NCBI GenBank assembly: GCA_964016885.1
Contig: OZ024740.1
Coordinates: 125,240,001 to 125,304,000 of the forward strand
Direction of reading: 5' to 3'
Source of the DNA: Eledone cirrhosa
Lineage: Eukaryota
Length of the DNA: 64,000 nt
Part shown: in pieces, positions 53,440 through 64,000 of the stretch
How the letters are laid out: every line of letters starts with the position of its first letter
How positions within the stretch are numbered: position 1 is the first letter of the stretch
Translations under genes and position numbers: made by a program
Notes under the pieces: model-generated
What the model saw: only the letters and a program-made list of their open reading frames with translations
Told to the model about the DNA's origin: nothing
The model's database searches: none

Positions 53440-53935
53440 AGGGAAAGGCAAGGGCTCTAGTGTCACATGGAAATGGGGAGAGAGTGATTGGGCTCTGGGC
53501 CTAGCGTGCAGCAGTAACGGGGTTGCGCCCCGCAGACATGACCGTAAAAGCCTTTCCGCGGACAATAGCCAGCGACACCCACCCCACCCTGCGGGGCTCC
53601 TTCCTCAAACAAGCCGGCGACATTCTGATCTTGTGGAGAAACTTAACAGTATGTGGTCCAAGTATGCCCGAGGTCTCAACGGCATCTGGTGTGAAGAAGA
53701 AGCGACAGGACAATCCCAGGTATTTAGTAATCTTCCTTTCCTCAGCATGGCGGGTCGCGGTACCGAGGTTTGTAGCCGAAGTGACTAAGTTGGAGGCAGA
53801 GAACATGTCACAACATGTGGCATCCCAGATGAGGGATTTACCTCCTGCAAATGGGAAGGGGATGATTCCAACATATCCACTCGTCTGCATTGCGGGTGAT
53901 GTCACCTCAATTCGTGACAGAAGCAATGAGGTTGG
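53440..53935 (-). mobile_element. CRE-like non-LTR retrotransposon, 3' (RLE) fragment
   Basis: GKSLIWDATC..AEERKITKY..AVETSGILGP..SLAIVRG. Confidence 0.8.
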
Positions 53936-54554
53936 CACTCAAATTTTATATTACAAATTTATTTCTAATTGAAATTTTAAATCAAGTGAAAATAAAGACG
54001 AACAAGAATGAAACACAGAATACACATGCACACTCTCTCAATTACATACTACAACCTGGAAGGCAAGTGTTGTCCACTTAATTATTTTGAGGCAACCCAA
54101 AGCACTCTCAGCAGTATTGCAGATAGCGAATCTATATGCTGGAACAGCCAAGCACATACACGAGCATTACCTAACAGATACTTCATATCATTAAGACAAT
54201 ATTAAAATTGTATAATGTCTATCATGTAACCTTCATGAAACAGGGAACAGTTGACGTAACCTCAGTCGATTTTTTAAGTCAAGGCCCGAGAATGAGTGGT
54301 CCAATAACCCGTTCAAGTGTAACTATCGCTTAGTACCCATAATGGAGGCATCGATACCAAGTGATTCTCAATACTCAGAAGTCGATCATCTATACCTTGG
54401 TATCAGTCTAATTCCCCTAACCGGGTACCAAATGACCATACTTACGATATATAATATGTGGTAATCCCGTATCTTGGCTTGCCTAAAACCATTTAGAGGA
54501 CATCACTACACTATTCCCTGTTGAAGTGTTTAATTTCGTGATGGTATATATAGA

Positions 54555-57500
54555 AAATATATGTTTTATTACAATTGTATAAATTTAGAGTAGAATAACG
54601 TTGCAAATATGTTTTAAATCGATACATAAATAACATAACTAACTCATAAATAACGTTATAAATTGCTTGCAATTCGTTCAGAAGGACATTACAAATATAA
54701 TGTCTAAACCGTGTATTCAATTCACCACCAAATGCGATAATTGGCCACACCTCCCACGTTAGGGGTTAACTGCACACTCAGGCAAGCCAACATGCTTGCA
54801 GCATTGCCACGGGTGATGGCGAGGCTAATGTGTTGAAATAACCAGGCACCTTCACGGGCATCACCTGACACCTCAGTAAGGTGAGCCACCAGTGAAGACA
54901 AGAACTTTGCTGCCAGCGGCCCAACTCCACCGAACGTCTCGAATGCCACAGGCTGGAGAAAATAATTGTTTGATACGTCCTGGTATTTCGGAATTTTATT
55001 CCGTTCAGCAGTGGAGACGGTGACCCCCACATTTACCGCAGCGTCTATGATGTGGGAGGGAGCGGAAGAGTTACTGACTGACATCCCAGATGAGACACTT
55101 AACTCCCACCCGTGGACAGAGGGTAACATTCTCTTGACTCTTCCCATCACTTCTAGATAAACCAGCCAGTTCCAGAACTTCGGGGATATTTACCAGAGCC
55201 TGGGTCTGTTTGATGATCAGGTTTAACTTGGTGTGATGGCAAAATGACCAGCATTTAGGCAGCAGGACAAACAATGTTAACCTGTGGAGTCGAGGAACCT
55301 ACACAGCGACATCTTAGACACCCACAAATGTCGGCTCCCACACGAAATGCAATGGAGATGCTGAGTTCATCCTGACTGAGAAGGCCACCGATGTTGGCCA
55401 CAGGAAGGGCATCAATCCAGTTCCCTGAGAATTTTGCGCTAGCAGAAAGTAAGCGGAGCCTAGGAAATTGATCGGAAAGATCAAAAAGAGATTTGAAAGT
55501 TTCTCTCGGGTGCAAATTCTTCCATACTCTCTGCTTCGATCTATCATCGTCAGTAACTGGGACTGACAAACCCACCACTCTCCACTGTAGTAAAGCTTCA
55601 TTTAACTCATTGGTGGAGCTAGTCCAAGTTGGGAAGGAGAGGATGTCACCCACCAAAGGGGAGCAGGCATGGATGGAGGAAAGAAAACAAAGTAAGGACA
55701 AATAAGTACAGTTATGCAGACCGAGACCTCCAAACCGTTTGGGTAAGGCAGCTTGTTCGCTGGACTCTGGAGAGAGTCGGACATTGACCAAACCCTCGAT
55801 CTCACTGAGTATTAGGTCATCGAAGTGTTGGAGAGACGACGAGGATTTGTAAGAGGGACTAACTCTAAGACAATTCCGGAGAATGAAATAACCTTGGTGA
55901 GGCTCAATGACTTCGAAGTTTTTAATAGTTGCTTGAGGTTAGCCAACTTAGATTGAAAGATTGACTCGAAGGCTTGGTCAGATACTGGGGCCCCAAGGGA
56001 CCACCATTCCGATGGGGGAGGAGCCACGATGGAGAGGAAAGACTCTATGAACAGGTCAACAGTCTCTTGATGTGAAGCTGGGTGATTGAAGAGCCAAAGC
56101 TCGCATTCGGAACTGTTGACGTGAAGGCCCCTGCGGCCCAGCTCCTCAATCATCATCTTTACAGATGCAAGAACCGTGTCTGGAGGACTCCCCCAAACAA
56201 GCATCATCCAGATACCAGACAATCAGATCCAAGTCAACTCCCAACTTGGTGACATCACCAATGCCCCGAACGAAAAGTGCAGGTCGGAGCGGGTCAACCT
56301 GTTGGACCCCTGTGGCAGATAGAAGGAAATGGTTATGGAAAGTGAGGTAGGAGAGGGCTCCCTATAGGCTTGCCAAGCAAATAGATAAAGCTGTGGGGTC
56401 CCTATTCCACTGAACGGAGGATGACATCCCGACTGATGGAATTAAAAGCATTCCCGAGATCAAGCTTGATAATGACCTTGGGGACTTCGGAAGACAAGTT
56501 GGTAAATGCTCTGGTGGCGTGAGCGGCAGCCTCACAACACAGTTTCGTACTCACCCCTAGTTGAATAAGGAAGGATTCAGCGGACAGGCTGTTTTAAATT
56601 GAAGATAGACATACCTTCACTGTGAGCCGTTGCAGAGTGCACCCAACCTGCTATGGGGTCACCATTGGCTTTGCGAGACCAAACAGGTTGATGAAATAGG
56701 TGATGTTCTCTAGGAGCTCAAGGCCGGCATCTCCAGCCGAGAAGGAGACATCATTCTTGAGCTGCTGAAGACGAAGACCATCAATCCCTGCACCAGAACC
56801 TGTCGGAAAGGATATAGTCGCCTTCCTGACGATAGCTGGGGTGAAGCCAGGTTGCAAATAACCTGCTGGATCGGGCCAGTGTAAGTGGTCATCCAGAGGA
56901 GCCAGAGGAGGTTTCGCTCTACGTCGGTTGAGTGAATTTGTAGCGCACTGAGCGAGGGAAGACAGAGAGGCAGAGAGACGAACAGCCTCTTTAATATCAA
57001 ATTCATTGAATTTAACATTGACGGCCTTTTTAATTTCGGCGATCGAACATTGATTAGAACTGAGATGATCGCCGACCTGAGATGAACAATAATTGGGGTT
57101 GAATCAAACAACTCAAACTGCTATTTTAGGGAAGATATGAGGGATCCGGATTCCACGTTGGACACGTGGAGAGAGACTAAGGGGAACAAGAATAGTTTTT
57201 GCCAATCCAAGATGTTGTATAGGCAGGCGTTCGTCAGTAGCTTGGAGAGAGCACGCGCGAAACTGGACTGAGCTCCCTTTGGGATCCTGTTGATGAGTTT
57301 CAACTTAGACAAGTCCCAGGGGGAAGTGGTGAAGTCCTCAACAGAAATCTGAGCGTCAGAGTTAGGTTCAGACCTGCAAAGAGAATCGGCGCATAAGTGG
57401 ATTTTGTTACACGTCTAGTTTAGGAAACTTTCAGCTTGAACCTTAGTAATGCCAACGCAGCTCCTGTGGTAGTTTAGGCGGCAGGTAGTATCGACTGGTT

Positions 57501-57891
57501 CGGGAACAGAGAGCGCAGTTTGGTGGTGAATTGGCAAAATCTGAGGAGTCGCCATTAGAAATAGTATTCAGATGGGGAGAAGACGGTGGGGGTAGGTTAT
57601 CGATAGAGATAGAAGGGGGAACTGGGTGATCAGCATTGACTCTGACAGTTGGACTCGGTTGGGGAGAAGCTGATGTTGGAGGCAAGCTAGCTGTTACGGG
57701 GGTGGTGGGGTGGATTATAGGACGAATAGAACTAATTTCGACAGAATCCAGCGATGGGGTTTGAGAGAGGAGAGATACGGGGATGCAAGTTAGCTACCTT
57801 GGAAGGGTGTTTGGGAACGGAGGATGAAGACTGACAGGATGTGACGAAATCCTTTAACAATGTGGGTCTCTTGGTCACTCAGCGCATGACC
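54555..57891 (-). mobile_element. Long decayed CRE-clade non-LTR retrotransposon (RT + CCHC + restriction-like endonuclease)
   Basis: RIPKGA, GIDGLR, KLDLGNAFN, GVQQ.DPL, WYLDD, LPKRFGGLGL, CRC..LN.IIK, GLSRSDGK..WDVS, PVAFETFG..ISLAITRGNAAS; many frameshifts; AT-rich 3' UTR with AATAAA. Confidence 0.85.
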
Positions 57892-59429
57892 TTAAAATAA
57901 TTTATATTTAAATTTAAGTCTTAATGTTGTGTATTTAAATATATATATATATATAAAACAGTAAAATTCAATAACTCCAAAAATAGAACAATGAAACATT
58001 AAAACGTTGAAGAGGGGAAGAGGAATTTTGAGATGTACAAAACGAAGAAATGTTGAGATGGATGGTGTATGTGTGTAAACATTTAAAATAGTAAGTTCAA
58101 TAAGAGTGCAAAGTGCCAAAATAGAGCCATGAGATGTGTAATTGAACATGAATGTCTTCCCTTTCCTTCTTTTTGGCTCTTTTTTGTATTGATATGTTTC
58201 TTTCGTAAATCGTAACACTGTATAAATTGTTTCTATATGTAATGATAGCGGGCATATTAATAATTAATAATCTCACACGAAAAGTAATTTTTTAAAAATC
58301 CTTTCCACTTATGATTTAATCCTAATGCTTACTTTTACTTGCAAATTTTAGTGCCGAAAAGTGAATGAGTTAAGTGAAGTTACTATTACAACAGAACTAT
58401 TGTAGTTAGCTAAAGCTAATGTTAATTGTAATAGAATACTTCTATGTTTTACTTGGCGAAGATTCAAAACCGAATCTAAGAGTTCTCGCCTCTAGAACCA
58501 CCTATTGTTGGGAGTTGCCACCCTTGTCCTGTTAAGAGACAACTATGATAAACGTATATACCACTTGACCTGTGACCCTAGGTTCTTGACAGATGAAACA
58601 CACATGGCTAATCCTAAATCAACCCATATACACATCCTTCTAGCTATAGGGTTATTATAAATACAAGTACTAAGGGAATCCAACAGGGAGTCACGAAGCA
58701 GCAGTCTGTAAGAGGTTAGCGATGTAGCCATTCACTATCTACATACCTTTTACCCTTTCTCTCTCCTGGCCTTACAGACTCTCACATTTCATAACAGCTC
58801 GGCAGATTGACCAACTACAGGATAGAAACATACACATGCAGTAGGTTTACTTATATTTTCCCCTACTCTTTCGGATTCCTGTTATTTCACTTCTATTGTA
58901 TCATTGTATTGATACATGCATACACGCTAGCTCGAAGTGGTGGATAGTCAGCAAATAATGTAGTGATAATTGCTGTCACGATTTTGTTACTTGATATTCA
59001 ATGTACCAACACGTGCATTTTGTTATAAAATAAACATCGTCAACATCACAATTCATTCATCATTCTTTTGTATCATTCGTCCTGCAAAGAATACATCTAT
59101 CCACTACATAATGGTGACCCCCCATCACTACATAATTGTTTCTACTTTTGGCACAAGGTCAGCAATTACCTAGTACATTACAAGTACTTTATTTTATCGA
59201 CCCCGTAAGGATGAAAGGCGAAGTTAACCATGGCGGGATTTGAACTCAGTCCATAAAGGGACGTAACTCTATGCTGGAAATCATGGTATCCGACACTCTA
59301 GCTAATTTTAATGAAGAGAAATTGTAATCGTAAAGAAGAGAAGTGTCATTCGTATGATAATTACTTCAAGAATAAGTTACAACGCTTGTCCCCCGACGTA
59401 GTTTATGTTTCACTTTCAATAAACAAACT

Positions 59430-60120
59430 TTATTTCATAAATAACTTCATAGTTGCACAAACAACATTACAAACCGTTTGCAATTCCTTCAGAATGAAAA
59501 TATAAACAGAGCATATAAATAAATTTACAGTAGAGTAACATAACAAATATGTTTTAAATATATACATAAATAACATTACAAATTCCTCGGTAACACTACA
59601 AAGGATGATACAATGAAAGATATATTCCTTCAATGCTACAATATTAAAGAAAATGTAAAGGAAGGGGTGAACAACGGAGCCAACACCAGAGCAAAAGACA
59701 GCAACGTCGCGAATACTGGGCAACCTCTCTAATGATTTTTGAGGCAAGCCAGCACACTCGCAGCATTGCCTCGGGTGATGGCGAGGCTGATGCGCTGAAA
59801 CAGCCAAGGACCCTCGCGAGATTCGCCAGTCACCTCTATTAGGCGAGCCACCAGTGAGGAAAGGAACCTCGCAGTCAGCGGCCCGACTACCCCAAACGTC
59901 TCGAAAGCCACAGGCTGAAAAATGTAGTTGGCCGACAGATCAGAGTATTTGAGGGTCTTACTCCGCTCGGCTGCAGAAGCTGTTGCTCTCGCCCTAATCG
60001 CAGCATCCAGGATGTGGGAAAGAGCAAAAGAGTCACTAACAGTGACGTCCCAGACAAGGCACCTGCCTCTTGACCAGGGGCACAGGGTAAGGCCGTCGGC
60101 AAAAGACCTGACGACCTTAC
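59430..60120 (-). mobile_element. CRE-like 3' fragment with 3' UTR
   Basis: DGLTLCPW..WDVT..AFETFG..QRISLAITRGNAASV; UTR similar to 54560-54720. Confidence 0.85.
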
Positions 60121-60121
60121 C

Positions 60122-60727
60122 CTGCTTGCAAGGGTGGGATGGATCCTATTCAGCACAGTATCTCTCTACTTGTCATGGTCCTTCGTCAGCTCCTCTGTGT
60201 TCTCCAGCGATCTGATGTCTGCTGTCACTACCTCCGTCCATGTTTTTCGTGGTCTACCTCTACTGCGTCTTCCTTCTGTTGGGATTTCTTGGCACTTCTT
60301 TACCAGCGGTTATCCTCCATGCGCATCACATGACCATACCATCTCAGCCTTTTCTCTTGCACACCACAACTTATCCCTCTTATACACACGTTCTCTCTCA
60401 ATTCATCTATGCTTGGCCGTTCACGCATATTGACATTGCACATCCATTGGAGCATGATTACTTCATTTCTCTCCAGCCGTCGCATATCCTCTGCAGTTGC
60501 TACCTATGTCGCACTACAATGCAGCATCGCGCATCTCACACAGGCATCATATAACTGACCTTTCGTACGCAGGGAGAAACACTTCTTTGTCAACAGAGAA
60601 AGCATCTCCCTAAACTTCTTCCAACCCATCCTTATTCTAGATACTACGGCCTCCGAACCCCCCCCCCCCATGCTAATCTGATCACCTAGGTACTGGAAGC
60701 TATCAACCACTTCTATAGAACCTACCT
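60122..60727 (-). mobile_element. RTE LINE 3' fragment
   Basis: SIEVVDSFQYLGDQI..RLRWYGHVM..RGRPRKTW. Confidence 0.85.
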
Positions 60728-60729
60728 GC

Positions 60730-61060
60730 AAATTGCTCGCAATTCGTTCAATTAGGACAAGTAATATGTCTAAACCCTGTATAATAACACAATAATACAA
60801 ATTTATGAACAAAATGATTAAGGAAAGAAAAAAAAAGGAATAAAAGGTGGGAGGCAATCCCCACCAAGTTTAACAATCTGCAACACCTCACACTCTTGAG
60901 GTTAACTACACACTTTCAGGCATTGCCAGGCATCCTCACGGGCATCAACTGACACCTCAGTAAGGTGAGCGACCAGTGAAGACAAGAACTTCGCTGTCGA
61001 CGGACCAACTCCACTCAACGTCTCGAACGCTACAGGCTAGGAAAAATAATTGTTTGATAT
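60730..61060 (-). mobile_element. CRE-like 3' fragment
   Basis: Highly similar to 54650-54975. Confidence 0.75.
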
Positions 61061-61914
61061 AGTTTGTAAAATATTAAAAAGAAAGCTTTACAGTAAAGAC
61101 CATTAACAAATTTGAAGGTTTCATAAATAGCCCACTTTAATTATTTAGCTGGTGTTAGGAATATAACAAAAGTTGTATATATTTTTTTGAAATAAAATTT
61201 TGATGGAAGATTTTAATTTAAGTAAGAAATTATAAAACAAGCATTTTTTTTTCTTTCATCATAGAACCAGAGGCGGTCTTAGACAAGTTGGTTTCAAAAA
61301 GGTATAGGAGAAATCTTATTATTTCTATTAAATTGCTAATTCAATTACAAAAATCATATCTTTCAGTCATTTATGTACTTAAAAAGTTTCATCGAACGTT
61401 TTGTAATTTGTAATCTAAATTAAAAAGATTACCGAACAGTTATTTAGTTACACGTTTCATATTTTTCCTACTAACATTTTTATTAATCCACCTACGTAGA
61501 AAGTCGACATGAATGTTGTTATTTTCGTTATTTTGTAGTTATTTGGTTTTAATATTTTTACGCTTTCGTCTAAAATAGTTATTTTCCAAAGCTTTGTTAA
61601 TTTGTAATAAGATCTAAATGGAACTGTTGAAAATCAATAAACTCTGATTTGGCTATTGGCAATGAGTAGTTAGCGAGTTTACTTTTTCTTATTCAACTAT
61701 GTTGCTGGTGCTTATTTTATTGCATGAGAAAGAAAAGGTGGGTAATTTTGATGGTCGAGTTAAGACATGAAATCAAACTAAGACTGCATTGTTGATAAAA
61801 CCGCTCACAGGAGCGATATTCAACGTAAAATACGGCTTAAATTTGTTGTAGGGCGATGCAGACGTTTACACAGTATTTATCTATAGGAAAGCCAATATAA
61901 TCAAAACATTACCG

Positions 61915-62320
61915 AGTTAGATAATGAGATTAAGACGCTGGAATAACCAAAGCACCCCATTGCTCAGGCGAGCCACCAACAATATCACGAACTTAGTTGT
62001 CAGCGGCCAAACTCTCCCAAACGTTTCAAAAGCCACAGGCTAAAAAATGTAGTTTGTTGATAATTCCTGATATTTTAGAATTTCATTCCTATTGGCTTCG
62101 GATCGATTGATCCTCACCTTCACCGCAGCATCCAGGATGTGAAAGGGCGCAACAAAAGAGTCACTAACAGTGGCATCCCAATTGAAGAATCTACCTAAGT
62201 GTAAAAATTAAGACCATCTGGCCTCTTCCCATGAATCCTGGAGAATCCTGCTGGCCTCAACATTGAGGTCATATTGACTTGAGACAGGACTCGCTTCATA
62301 ATTAAGCTCCCCATTTGCTT
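61915..62320 (-). mobile_element. CRE-like RLE fragment (older)
   Basis: IMKRVLSQV..GFSRIHGKRPDGL..WDATV..PVAFETFG. Confidence 0.75.
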
Positions 62321-63059
62321 GTTGAATGAATTCCTAAGTAAACAGTAAAAATAATCACATACAAAAACTTCGACGTGCAAATGAGGTAGGTAGTCACTAC
62401 ATGGCTGCTCAACTTGCTAGAATTGGTTACAAAATCACCTCAAACCAAACCTTATTGAATTAAAGATGAAGTTTCCAATGCGTAAGACTGCTTCTACATG
62501 GACATGCGACTTGTGAGAAATAGCGACCAATTTAACTCAAATTAAACCACACTTTCTTAATTAAATAATCTACTTTTGGCACAAGGCCACCAATTACCCC
62601 AGTGCTTTACTGGTGCTTTATTTTGTCAACCCCGTAGGGATGAAAGGCAAAGTTAACATCAGTGGGATCTGAACTCAGACAGTAAAGGGACTTAACTATA
62701 TGCTGAAAAGCATGGCGTCCGACCCTAATGGATGGTGTTTCCAATAGGCGAGATTACCTCTACATGATTTTATAACTTGCTAGAAATAAATAACAAGTTC
62801 TTCTCAAGCCAAATCTTACTGGCTTATATCAAAGAAGACATTGAATAGTAGACACAGTTGAGGAATAAGCACAGGCTGGTCCTAAAGCTGAAAAAACCCC
62901 TCAAACTATTGATTTTTTTAAAAAGATGAACTTAGTTATGAATGTTCCTTATTAATCTGACAAATTCTATTAGATCAGAATTGAGCTGTAATACACAAAG
63001 TAAAAGAATGCTTGGTTACTGGATATAGTTGTTTTGAAATTAATCAGTTTTATTATATA

Positions 63060-64000
63060 CTAGCAGTGGTACCCAGCGTTGCACGGGATAAGGTATTTTG
63101 GAACGCGGGCCGCCGACAGACCTAATCGTGGAAAAACTGCATGCCTCGACAATATGTAAAGAAAATAAACTGAATACTCTGATGGCTGGATAATCTTTAA
63201 GATTTTCCTCGATGAAGCAGGAAAAATGCTAGGGCACCAAGAAAATGAATTTTTTTATGTGCATAATATGCCTTGAAATTTCGGGTAAATTGGCTAGACG
63301 TAACGCCTAAAAAAAAGCCCTAAAAAGCTGAAAAAATAAAGTTTTTCACCTAATGTGGGCCCTAGGCCATACAAAAGTTGGATTGTCTTTGCTCAGGGTA
63401 TGATTAAGAGCCTGACCAATACATAGTTACAATTTCAAGGAAATCGGTCTGACGTAACGCCTCAAAATACCCCTAAAAAGCTGAAAAAAACGCAGTTTTT
63501 CACCTAATGCGGGCTCTAGGGGATCAACAAGTTGAATTTTTTATGTGCATAACAATCTTTGAAACATAACGCGGGCCGCCAACAGACCTAATCGTGGAAA
63601 AACTGCATGATGGACAATATGTAAAGAAAATAAACCGAATACTCTGATGCAATTAGTATTAGGTATGCTTCTCCTTCCACGTGGAGAAAATCGGCTTGGT
63701 GCTTTTGTACTTTAATAAAGTGGCATGAGTCAGCAGGACAGATGTCACCACTTATGTCAGAGGGAAGTCTGCAATGCTTGAGCAAGGCAACGCGTGCAAG
63801 CGGACAGCATGTGGAGCCTTCTCGAAGGAGTCCACCGCACCTTAGTAAGTAAACGCAACTGGACAAATGTTTACCAAACTGTGGGTATAATTTAACAAAT
63901 TTAAAGAGGAATGGTGCAATAAAATGGACCCCAAGGCGTGTGCGCGTTCACTGGCAGCCCTAAACGAAAAGGTCGCTATCAGCTATTTCAATGGCTCTTA
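63060..64000 (-). mobile_element. Helitron-like element, 3' terminus at 63060; far boundary unknown
   Basis: Minus strand CCCGTGCAACGCTGGG hairpin ~9 nt before CTAG followed by T; internal direct repeats. Confidence 0.65.

Noticed and set aside
54437-54490. ATACTTAC resembling the U1 snRNA 5' end as a CRE target
   Set aside because: The following sequence does not match U1; better read as a minus-strand GTAAGTAT splice donor or chance.

Overview
AT-rich, microsatellite-rich animal nuclear DNA. The SINE/LINE repertoire suggests an invertebrate, probably a cephalopod/octopus (inference only). The window is mostly transposons: a decayed Penelope-like element; many RTE-clade LINE fragments, including a young 5'-truncated copy with an open ~820-aa RT+PHD-finger frame; a full-length but disabled Buster/SPIN-type hAT with TIRs and TSD; five same-strand CRE-type (restriction-like endonuclease) retrotransposon copies; an R4/Dong-like fragment; a Helitron 3' end; and at least three SINE families. 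Threaded through ~8.7-44.3 kb on the minus strand is a multi-exon gene that the ORF track misses. Several exon junctions are phase-compatible and there are weak PKD-domain-like motifs, but the exons carry repeated in-frame stop codons (probable pseudogene; stop recoding not excluded). A complete type I hammerhead ribozyme motif lies at 3019-3089 (-) inside a (TA)n-flanked inverted repeat, and related hairpins with partial hammerhead cores occur elsewhere. No intact host gene, tRNA, rRNA or CRISPR array can be supported.
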